Shown: piece after piece, positions 12,766 to 24,391 of the stretch | Layout: every line of letters starts with the position of its first letter | Numbering within the stretch: the first letter of the stretch is position 1 | NCBI GenBank assembly: GCA_951406725.2 | Contig: OX597825.1 | Location: 79,484,001-79,548,000 of the forward strand | Direction of reading: 5' to 3' | DNA from: Octopus vulgaris | Lineage: Eukaryota | DNA length: 64,000 bases | The notes under the pieces: generated by a model | Databases searched by the model: none | The model's input: the letters and a program-made list of their open reading frames with translations, nothing else | What the model was told of the DNA's origin: nothing | Program-made: the position numbers and the translations under genes

Positions 12766-13491
12766 TGAGGGAGAGTCGAAAATTATACACACTCTTGTTT
12801 TTTCAATGTATTTAAACAAAAGCAAGGGATAAACAAGTCCGTCATTTTTCTATATAGTCTCCCTATCTTTTCAATACACTTGCTGCAGTGGTCCACAAGC
12901 TTGTGCATTTCCTCCAACAAGAAGGTTTGCGGTTGGTCATGCAACCATTTATGCACCACTTCCTCCACATCTTCATCCGTAGGAAATCGACAGCCTCGTA
13001 AACCATCTTTGAGCGGACCAAAGATATGATAGTCGGAAAGGGCGAGATCTGATCTGGGCTGTGGGCAGGGTTTTCCAGCACCTTGAAACATAATTGGTTT
13101 CAACGGTCTGGGTGGTCGTGTGTGGGCTTGCATTGTCATGCTGCAATAAAACTTTCTTCGACAATAGGGTTCGGGGTTTGGTACGAATTGCAGGCTTCAG
13201 TCTTTTGACCGGCAAAGCAGTGTCTCTTGCACTGTTGATCGTACACATCTTTTCCAGGTAGTCTTCCAGAGAAATCGGATCACTGCTGTGTGTTCTCTTT
13301 CAGTGCACATTGCTAGGGGAGGGGGCCATGCTTACACTGTAAAGCCAGACAGAAAAATGGCACGGTCAAGATCAAACTTCGATCACTTGACCCCAATAGT
13401 ACCAACTATAAGCATGCATGTGCAAAAGGCAGTGTGACAGTAATAAAGATATGTTACGATGAAAGTGTGGACAATTTTGGGCTTCCCCTTG
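12766..13491 (-). mobile_element. Internally deleted, frameshifted mariner transposon
   Basis: Fragments LKPAIRTK..LLSKKVLLQHDNASPHT and SDLALSDYHIFGPLKDGLRGCRF (HDNA and YSPDLAPxD motifs). Degenerate ~30-bp TIRs (tgagggagagtcgaaaattatacacact / agtgtggacaattttgggcttccccttg), TA on both sides. Confidence 0.9.
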
Positions 13492-13744
13492 TATATATAT
13501 TCTTTTATTTGTTACAGTCATTTGACTGGAGCCATGCTGGAGCACTGCCTTGAGGTGTTTATTGTCGAACAACTCAACCCCAGGGTTTATTTTTAAGCCT
13601 AGTATTTATTCTATTAGGCACCTTGCCAAACAGCTAAGTTACGGGGGATGTAAAACACAACAACACTGGTTGTCAAGCGATGGTGGGGGGACAACACAGA
13701 TACAAAGATACACACAAAAAACATACATACACACATACACACAC

Positions 13745-13784
<40 letters not shown>

Positions 13785-14302
13785 CAGGCTTCTTTCAATT
13801 TCTGTTTACCAAATCCACTCACAAGGCTCTGGTCGGCTCGCGGCTATAGTAGAAGACATTTGCCTAAGGTGCCACACAGTGGGACTGAACCTGGAATTAT
13901 GTTGTTGGGAAGCAAGCTTCTTCCTACATGGCCATGCCTGCACCATGTATATATATATGTATATAAAAGGCTGCCGATGGGATTGAAATCCACCTCCCCT
14001 GTAGACATGGCAGATGTTCTACCATTGGACCAAAGTAATCCTTCAAATTTTTCTATCCATTTTAGAAACTTTATTCTTACCAGTGAAAATTGTATTTTGT
14101 TGATTTCATAAGAATTTTTCTATAAAGTTTTGAGAGAATGTGAATTAATTCTTATTTTTGGAACACTACAATCTGAAAGTTATAAATAACATGTAAATAT
14201 TGAGTTAAAAAGAGCATTTGGAAGTTTACAAAAGTTTCTCATATATATATATATGAATGAATGCAATTTTAAAATATATGAATGCAATTTTAAAAGATTT
14301 TT

Positions 14303-14350
14303 ATTAACTTGACCGGTTTCACTTTTTTAGAAAAAGATTGTCAAAAGTAA
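14303..14350 (-). ncRNA. Minimal type I hammerhead ribozyme motif (U3-A8 variant)
   Basis: ACUU-UUGACAA-UCUUUUU(CUA)AAAAAGU-GAAAC(CG)GUC-AAGU. Stems I and II are paired, stem III is palindromic (ACCGGU), and the cleavage triplet is GUC. Confidence 0.6.
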
Positions 14351-14789
14351 AATGTAAAAGCTTTGTTGTGTTAGGTACTGGTTGTCACAAAATATTGCAA
14401 TACATATATACATTCTTTGATAATAATAAGAAAATGTTAAAAACAGTTTACAAGGAAATATCTTGAGAAAATACTGAACAAAAATTTCAATAAAAATATT
14501 AGGATTTCATTAAAAATCATGTTTGTTTGGAAGTATCTATATATATATAAACAGAAAATTATAAGTTCAAAATAGGTCATATTTGGTAGTATATATATAC
14601 ACAGAAGGAGATATATTTAGGAGTTTACAAAGAATTTGAGATGAACTGACCTGTTTTATCATTTTCATTTTGTATGAAGCTAAAGGTTATTTACTATTTT
14701 AAGGGACAGTGTGGGAGGTTGGTTTGGGTGGTGGGAGAAGGAAGAGCAATGGTAAGATCAACAAAAATGTAGTCCATCTGGTGGGAAAT

Positions 14790-15065
14790 AAATATTACAT
14801 AATAAACACAGTATATATTTTTATGAGCTACTAATAGTTTCATGCAATGAAAACAACTCAGTATTTTATAACACATCTGGTGCCTTCATGCAATTCTCAG
14901 ACTCTCTCCACATGACATAACAAGCTATAACATCTGTTATAGCTTGTTATGCCAGGTGGTCAGAGTCTGAAGATTGCATAAAAGCACCAGACTGAGTTGT
15001 TTTCGTCACATGAAACTATTAGTAGCTCATAAAATAGTATATACTATGTTTGTTATATGTATTTT
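14790..15065. repeat. Long imperfect palindrome (foldback element), centre 14933-14934
   Basis: ttatgagctactaatagtttcatg...cataacaagctataaca TC tgttatagcttgttatg...catgaaactattagtagctcataa. Confidence 0.9.
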
Positions 15066-15181
15066 GTGTGTGTGTGTTAAATAAAATGAAACAACAAAAC
15101 CAAGGCAGTGTGAAATTTCTAGGACATCTGTAAAAGGAAAGGTGGTTTTACAGCTATATGTGTGTGTATGTATTTGTGTGT

Positions 15182-15226
<45 letters not shown>

Positions 15227-15930
15227 TGAGTGTATGTCTGTGCATATATATATATATATATACATATATCACATATATATGTGGATATATATATGTATAT
15301 AATGTGCGTGTCTGTGTGTGTGTATATATCCATCTATGTGTGTGTGTGTATGTATATATATATATATATGTATGTGTGTATATATATATATAAATAAATT
15401 TGTGTTTCACACGTTTGGCTTGATATTAATCTAAGTTGTTGTCGCTTGCTTTTTACAGCTTCATAGTTATTTAGAAAGTGCACATCTATATCTTGGTTCC
15501 TTTAGGTATCACCTCCCCATTTTAAAAGACTGCCTCCTGGACTAAGGCCTAGCAGCTTTAAAAGAAAGCGCAATGTTTCTTTCCTCAAATCGGTAAAGTG
15601 TGGGCTTTTATATGATGCACGTCCTTCTTGACCCTTTGATAGTAATTTTTTTCCTTCCTTCCCTTTTTCCCATCTTAAATTCCTTTGTTTTTGGCTACAC
15701 AAAGCTTCCTGTTTCTGGAAAAGACTAAAAAAATAAAAAAATCACTGATACAAATCTTCCTCTTTTTTTTAACTTCCAATGAATTTCATAAAAAAACTTT
15801 TCTTCCAGATAAGCAACAGGTATTTCAAAACCCCATTATTTGTTGTGCTTGCTTCAAATCCAAAAGTTATATAAAAATTAACGCAAACAAACAAAAAAAA
15901 ATACAAGTACATGGAGACATTATGTGCTTG

Positions 15931-15989
<59 letters not shown>

Positions 15990-16187
15990 ATATATATATA
16001 TATATATATACATATAGACACACTTGCACACACATACATTCGTGTGTGCGCACATACACGCACACACACAACACACTTCTTCTTCTTCTCCATAATGTTT
16101 TCCAAGAATTCGACTTCTCTTCAAAGCATGATTCAGAAACTGTTTCTTAAATGCTGTTATTTGGTCTTCAAAGCAGTCTTGACTGTA

Positions 16188-16222
<35 letters not shown>

Positions 16223-19147
16223 ATTTCACTTTCCTGTTAATGTTTTTTTTTTTTAATCAATGCCCTCTGTGGATGAATTTATTTGAGAAAGCTTTGTTCT
16301 CCGTTTTTGATTACTAATTGCTAATTTTTTTTTTTTTCCAAATTCTGTTTTTCTGGAATGTAAAGGACATGAAATTGCATCAATGTGAACCATGAAAGCA
16401 TCCGTGAATGCATCAGACTACAAACTCAGACTTTTAACTAACCTGACATGGTTTTGATGTTTTAACTCTGGAAGTCATTTCTATTGTAGTTATAGCACAG
16501 AAACTAAATCTTTATGAGTTGACTATCACTTGGAGCAATTTTATGCCAATATTCAACTATTCAAAGGCAGTTAACTGGCAGAATTGTTAGTAAAATGCTT
16601 AATGACATTTTCCGTTTTTATGTCCTGAGTTCAAATTCTGTCAAGGCCGAGTTTGCCTTTTGGAGCTGATAAAATAAGTACCAGTTGAGCACTGCGGTTG
16701 CTGGTCTTGTGCCAAAATCTGAAATCAAAATTCAACTGTTCTATGAATTTCCAAGCACAACCATTACAACCATTTTCTCTTTTGGCACTACGGTAGGTTT
16801 ACTTGCCAAACAGAAAACAATTTATAAATTCACATTACTGATTAATCCTTCAAAAGTTATGCTTCACCCCACTTAAATCCTTAAACTGTGAAGTTAAATT
16901 TCATGGTTATTCAAGTTAATGATGTTAATTATCTATCAAAGAATAGAATTGGTATTTCCTGCAAGCCACATTTGCCTCAGTAAACTTGACATATCCCAAC
17001 AAGAAATAGTTTCAAACATGACATTCCTCAACAAAAGATAAATTGGTTTACAAAATTGCTTTCTCGTTATTGAAGGTAACAAGACTTTGAGTGAACGTAT
17101 CTGCTTTTCACAGCAAATGCGTTAAGCTTATATGAGTTGCATATGCATTCATCCATCCCTTGATAGCACGGAAAAATGAATGAAAAACAAATGTGGGAGA
17201 TATTTCTTGCAGAAAAAAACCTGTTAGAATATTCAAATCAGCCTTAAATTTATACTTTAATAGAATTATTAGTTGATCTCTCTCTTTCTTGCACTCCCCT
17301 CTCTCTATTTGTTAAATTTACTTTCTAAAGAACTCCAGTTGTTGATTGTAGTCTTTGACCTTATTTAGCAATACTTTTGGCTTCAATTGCTGGAATTTAA
17401 ATATTCTTCCCAGAAATATCTTGATGCTATTCCAATCCATTTCCACTGACCAATCTATATATATAATTTTTATATGGTTGACATATAATCTGCTTATGGT
17501 TGATGCATAACCTATAAGTTATCTCTATATCAGCGATATATAATCTATAAGTGATATAGATTTCAGGCACTTCAAATAACTGATACTATTGGAGTTATCT
17601 CTTTTAGTTGGAATAGGTCTTTTTTTTTCCTTTTATAAGACTTTAGGCCCCCACCCCCACCCAGGGCATATTTCTGCCTACTAACTGCATGAATAATTTC
17701 AATTAATTAAAACTTTTACAATGCACTGCATCACAAATGTGAGACATTACTGTGTGTGTGTGTATAGTAAACAGAATACTCCCCTGAGTCTCATTACCGA
17801 TTTATCTCTGACAGTTGTTTAAATGATCCTGATATTGAAATTCTCTAACAGGGATTTAACAGAAATAGAAACTTTATTTTTCCCTAGCTTCATTTAGTCT
17901 GTCTAAATTTTTCTTATATCAGAAACAAAATGATTCACTGAAATATTTCCAGATTCCCAAGGATTACCTGTGATATTTTGCATGCAGTAGATGTCAACTT
18001 CTCTTGACAAAAACATCACTTGCAATGCTCTTTCTATCAACCTAAACTGATATTCCAATAATTTCTATTTCAGTTTTCCCCCCTCCCCTCAATTCCCACA
18101 TATAACCCCCCCCCCCCCACTGCCCACCTGCAAAAGGAATGACTTCTTTTTTGAATGGTGTGTGTTATTATTCTTTCCTTCTTTTTTTCTTCTCCTACCT
18201 GACTCTTTGAAGCAATGAACCATATTCTTGCAGCTAATGAAGAGCATGTACCTTTTCTGCATTGCTCACAGAAAATGATAAAAGAAAAAAAAAATTCAAT
18301 ATGTCTCTAATTAATAAATATTTAAATCAGTTTATCAACCCAAGTTGTATAATAATGTATCTATATTAACATATTTTGTTTCTCCTTTGAATGCTATTTA
18401 ATTAAAATTGTTTGTATTTACAAGAGAGAATAAAAAAAACAAAAATTTCATTTCCCTCTCTTCCAATTCTGAATCAAAAATATTTTGAGACATAAATATT
18501 AGTTTCCGATTTAGTATCTTGCATTTAAATTTTGATGCATATTCTGAAATATTTGCACCCTTGAGTTGTGGTTATTGGTATGCAAATGGCACCCATGAAT
18601 TGTAGTCGCGGTTGCTGCCAGTGCCATGTAAACAGCACCCACCCATCGATTGTAGTTGTGGTTGTTGCTGGTATCGTGTAAATGGCACCTAAAAACATCC
18701 ATTATACTCCTGGAGTGGTTGGCGTGAGGAAGGGCATCCAGCTGTAGGAGCCATGCCAAATCAGACTGGATCCTGGTGCACCTCTCCAGCTCAACAGCTG
18801 CAGTCAAACCATCTAACCCATGTCATCATGGAGAGCAGACGTTAAACAATGATGATGATGATGATGATAATTTGCTCTAAAAATACCTTGTTAGTTTCTA
18901 CAAAATGAAGACAGTAACTCTTTTGCCTGTCCTCAGCATTTTCATGAGTTTGTCCAAAACTTCTATGTTTGTTTTCAGACTTTCACCTAACCCTTGTCTC
19001 TCTACATTCTGAGTAATATAAAACTCTCCTTTCATAAGTTATTCTGATGGTTGAAAAAAAAACAAAAAAAAACTGGTAATGTGTATCATACATGATACAT
19101 ATACACCAGGGAAATATGTCCTTTGTATCACATATAATACACAGGAT

Positions 19148-19467
19148 CAGGGGTTCTCAACCTATGGATCCCTTTGATTACTATTTTATTCTGGTGGACC
19201 CCCCCCCCCCATAAACATTCGATGTTTAAAAACTAGTTTTATAGAAACTTCTTTCAAAATTCCTATTTTGTTTTTCACACATTATCTTGTGTAGGTTGAA
19301 CTGTGTAAAATGTTAGAGAAAGAAACCCAGCTGTTCTTTGCAATGCATACCAATACATACATCTAAAGAAAAATTTGTTTCAGGGGCCCTTAAAATACTA
19401 TTGCGGATCCCCAAATTTTGTTACTTGAACCCCAAAGAATCTTCTGGACCCTGGTTGAGAACTACTG
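19148..19467. mobile_element. hAT/Charlie-like MITE
   Basis: TIRs CAGGGGTTCTCAACC / GGTTGAGAACTACTG. No clear TSD. A related half copy lies at 63254-63451. Confidence 0.65.
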
Positions 19468-19572
19468 GCTTAAATAAAACAAAAATAACTCCCATTTTAA
19501 TTTAGTCCATCATAAATTGGTTATTTCTATTTATTATTGTTATTATTATTATTATTGCCTATATTAGAATGG

Positions 19573-19605
<33 letters not shown>

Positions 19606-20266
19606 TAAGGTAGCCAGCTGACAAAATTGTTAGCACGCTGGACAAAATGCTTAGCAGTATCTCACTCATTGCTATGCTCTGAGTTCAAATTCCACCAAAG
19701 TCGACCTTGCCTTTCATCCTTTCAGGGTCAATAAATTAAGAACCAGTTGTGAACTGGGGGTCGATCTAATCGACTGGTTCCCTCCTCCAAAATTTAGGCC
19801 TTGTGCCTTTAGTAGAAAAGATTATTATTTTTATTATTATTATTGTTATTGTTACTGTTATTATTGTTATTGTTATTATTATTATTTTTATTATACTTAT
19901 TACAAATCTGTTATTATTCTTATCTTCTTACATTTTTCTTTCTACCTGTTTTTCATTTTTCATTTTTTTCCCCCCACCCTGGTATTGCCTCTTCCAAGTT
20001 ACTTTCCCATTTTATCCTTCTACTCACACTCTACCCTTTGTTATACTCTGAATGCATTCTTAACACATCCGCTCTTTACTCAATCTAAGCCTCAGACCCT
20101 CTAAAAATGACTCCCTAGATTTTACACACCTAGTTGTCCCCCAACGCCCCATTTGTTATCTACTACTCATCTACTTAACTCATTTACTTATTGATTTTTT
20201 ATCTTTATTCTTTAATGTGCAAATGAATTAATAATTTAAATTATTATCATTATATCTAAAAGTTAA

Positions 20267-20301
<35 letters not shown>

Positions 20302-20460
20302 AATACTATTGTTATTATTATTATTATGAGTACTATTATTATTGTTATTAATTATTATTATTATTAATACTACTGTTACTACTACTACTATTATTATTAT
20401 TAATACTATTATTGTTACTATTATTATTATTAATACTATTATTATTATTGTTATTAATAC

Positions 20461-20491
<31 letters not shown>

Positions 20492-22593
20492 GTAACAACT
20501 CTATCAAACTACAAAAACAAAAATCCATATTGTGAGATTTTTGAAAATGAATTCCTAAAATATATTAGAAATGTATTCATTCAACTTTGTTTTTCTCTGT
20601 GAATAACAGTTTTTTTAGTTACTTACGATTAAAATATTGTTTCCATATCATATATAATGTTACCATTTTTGTATGAAGCTAAAATCCATGTTATAATTTA
20701 AATCTATAAAAAAATTAATACTCATAAAAATTAATATTTATAAAAATAATCTAAACTCTTATTTTGTTAAAAGAATCTCTGTGAGAAATGTTTCCCTAAT
20801 TTAACCCTTCAATATTCAGAATACTCTGTCAAATGTAATCCCTATTTATTCACATTGTCTTGAATTAATCAAGCATTAATCTCAAAGCTTCAAGACTTTG
20901 ACAAAGCAATTGTTTACTCCTAGAATGACATTGTAGGGTGAGTGTAAGAGGCCAGATCTGGTCAGTTTGAGCATAAAACATAGAATATTTGAACCGGGTG
21001 TGGCTAGTTTGAATACCAAAGGCCTAGGTATTTACTTCCCCCCATGTAACCACAACTGTATCCCTATGTACAAACAACTGACACATGGAATATATTTTTT
21101 TGTCTGTGTTCTTTTACATATTTACTTGATGTATTTTCTTTTGTTTTTTTTTCCAGGCTTTAACTAAAGGTCAATTTCCTATCAAACCATTCTTTCTTTT
21201 ACTATTTTTTATATTTGTTTCAATTTTACTTATTTCTACATTATTCTTTGCCAATGGGGTAAGAGTGATTTTAATAATTTTTCTGTGGGTTAAGAATATC
21301 ATTAGGGGTTGGGTTGTCGAGAATTTTATTAATTTGGGTTCCTGCAAGTTTTCCTCAGAGTATCATCAAAGTGATTTATTCATATATTTGATTTGGGAGA
21401 GGTATTTACCTTGTCTATTCATATATGGTGTATTCTGGAATATTTTCAGCCTGTGAATGAAATATGCTTCATTTTATTCTCTTTGTAAATATTATTTGGT
21501 AGGAATTTTCAAAGGAGGTTGTTATATTTGTCAATGGTAGAATTCTCAGGCAAATTTGGTCGCTATTTCTAGCATGTCGTACAAAACAACCTCATAGAAG
21601 CCCTCTTGTTGACTCGTGCTGTTGTCATTTAGCCCCAGGTCAGATCTGTGATTAAAAGCATTCTAACAATGACTATTGCATTGTTTTCTTATAGGCAAGG
21701 GACCCAGAACCACATCTTAGTATCTTCTTATCTAAGACAGTTTGATGCGATCTGAGGGAGATTTCACTGCTATTTCAAGCAGATGGTGCTTTCTGTTTGA
21801 AGCCACAGAAGTTATCTTTCGTTTTATCTTTATTCTAACCTTTTTTGGATTTAGTTTTCCTTCTTTGATGAAACCAAAGGTTTTTCTTTTTTTTTCTCTT
21901 TCTCTCCAGATTTTCCCTTTAAAATTCAATATTTTACATAATTAAAAACAGTTCACCTCAGTCCTGTGTTTCCTTAGCAGTCGATATCATTGGCAGTGGT
22001 TAACTTAGCTCCCTTTTCTTGTCTTTTCCCTGAGGTTTTTCAGTTTTAAGTACTTTATAATGACTTGATTACTTCCTGAATAGGAGGGGAAAAAATGTGA
22101 ATAAATAAACAAGCAGAGTTACTCGTGTGGTTGTGTGGTTAAGAAGCTTGTTTCCCAACCCTGTGGTCTTGAGTTCAGTCCCACTGTGTGGAGCCTTGGG
22201 CAAATGTTTTCTACCACAGCCCTGGGCCAACCAAAATCTTGTGAGTGCCAAAGCAGCACCATTTCCTCTCTGTAATAGAATAGAACAGTAGCCGTAAGAG
22301 TAGATGACATGGTGAAAGGACCTTGGACTACATTGTCCAATGTATCTTATTTTGTTTTTTAGATGATAGGGATGCGATTTTAGAGAATTTAGCTATGATG
22401 TCTAGCATGTTGAGTGATCATAGAGCTCCGTTATCAGTCTGTGTTAGTATTAATTAATTATGTAATTCACTCAAGTTTAATGGTAGTTTACTGTTTAGTT
22501 GGATTGTTGCTTTGATTATAATCTTTGACTTCTTCAATTAGCTTATTGTCATTACATTCATTTTGCCTCCTCATGGCAATAGAAGAAAATCAA

Positions 22594-22627
<34 letters not shown>

Positions 22628-22629
22628 GT

Positions 22630-22840
22630 TAAGGTGGTAGGTTGGTAGAATTGCTTGCATGCCAAAAACAAAATGCTTAGTGACATCTTTATGTTCTGGG
22701 TTCAAATTCCACCATGGTCAGTTTTACTGTTTGTTTTTTCAGGGTTTGATAAAATAAGTACCAGTTGAGCACTAGGGGTTGATGTAATCATCTTAGCCCC
22801 CTCCCGCCAAATTTCAAGCTTTGTGGCTGTAGTGAAAAGA

Positions 22841-22887
<47 letters not shown>

Positions 22888-23340
22888 GGTGGCAAGCTGG
22901 TAGAATTACCTGAGTATCAAACAAAATGCTTAACATTTTTCTGACTGGTTATGTTTTGAGTTCAAATTCTCTTGAGATCGATATTTTGCCTTTCATCCTC
23001 TTGGGGTTGATAAAACAAGTACTAGTCGAGTGCAGGGGTTGATGTAATTGGCTTACTCTTTCCTACCCCAAATTTTATGCCTTCTCTCTGTAGTAGAAAA
23101 AATTATTATCATCACCATCTTCAAAGTGGTGAGCTGGCAGAACCGTTAGCATGCTGGGCAAAATGCTTAGCTGCATATTGTCCGTCTTTACATTCTGAGT
23201 TCAAATTCTGCTGAGGTTGATTTTGCTTTTCATCCTTTCGGGGTCATTGGAATAAATATCAGTTACACACTGGGGTCGATGTAATCAACTAGTCCCTTCT
23301 TCCAAAATTTCAGGCCTTGTGCCTATAACAGAAAGGATTA
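22630..23340 (+). mobile_element. Three head-to-tail SINE A copies separated by (TAT)n
   Basis: Repeated ctggcagaa..gagttcaaatt..gataaaataagtaccag units. A similar trio lies at 28320-28930. Single or paired copies at ~16565, 19607, 33870-34300, 44298, 49028 and 50125. Confidence 0.85.
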
Positions 23341-23439
23341 TTATTATTATCACTCCTCTTCCTACTACTACTATTATTATTTCCACTAAATTAAGCAGTT
23401 TAGTTGTGATATTTTAATAAATCAAACTTTTGGTTGTAG

Positions 23440-23566
23440 CTAAATCTGAAAGATGACACAGACTACCATTATGACACGCTCCAGTTGCCATTAAGGTCAA
23501 TTCTAAAGAAAACCAATTCTGAATCACCATTCCTCAGTCGAAGAGCCAGTACAGGAGATCTTAGAA
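23440..23566 (+). CDS. CLCN2: ClC-2-like linker exon d
   Basis: ttgtag|CTA...AGAA|gtaagt. LNLKDDTDYHYDTLQLPLRSILKKTNSESPFLSRRASTGDLR. Phase 0 in matches exon c. SILKKTNS resembles the protostome ClC-2 linker motif as I recall it. Confidence 0.85.
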
Positions 23567-24308
23567 GTAAGTACTCACAAATTGTACCATACAGAATTCT
23601 GTTTTTGTTTTTGTTTTTTTTTGTGTTTGTATGTGGCTGTGTGGTAAGAAGTTGGCTTCCCAGCCAAATGGTTGCAGGTTCAGTCCCACTTTCTAGTTAA
23701 GAAATTAACAATTGGAAGAGTTATTCACTATAGAGACAAATGATTCAACAAATAAACCATTGTAAATATGGAAAGATAGATGTGAAGCTGTAAAAATTAG
23801 AGGAACTTATAAGGTGAAGCGAAATAGTTACATCCAGGAATCAAAACTGGGCCTTAGATTGAGCTCACTTGCCATAGCTTTTAGCCATTTCATTATCATA
23901 TTTCTAATAAGACACACTGCCTTTGTTTCAATTAATTTTGAAAATAATAAAGAATTTAATTAAAATAATTTAGAAGCTAGTGTTTGGAACACAAACAAAC
24001 ATGAAATTTGGGTGGAAGGTTTTAATTTAGATAGTCTTAAAAGGAATTTCTATCTAAGAACTAGGGGCTGTCTTAGGCAGGTTGGTAGTTAATTTCTACT
24101 TTATCTCTCTTTCCCTATATAGTTCACTATGAATAATACCAATTCTCTTGGAGAAGATAAATAGGAATGGAGCAGAGACTAACAAGGATTATTTTAATTA
24201 GGAATGGTAGCTTTGTGCCCATTTGGGTATTTAATCTTCAGAAATTTCTTTTTTTGTTCTCTGTATCTCTTTTCCAACATTCTTCACTATATTGTTACGT
24301 ATTTTTAG

Positions 24309-24391
24309 TGGATGGTGATCTCTTTTACCGAGATCTTGCTGCCAAACAGAGAAAGGAAAGTATTGTTGAAGATGTACCATTTGTTTTCAAG
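24309..24391 (+). CDS. CLCN2: ClC-2-like linker exon e
   Basis: tttttag|TG...AAG|gttagt. (M)DGDLFYRDLAAKQRKESIVEDVPFVFK. Phase 1 in matches exon d, phase 0 out. Confidence 0.8.
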
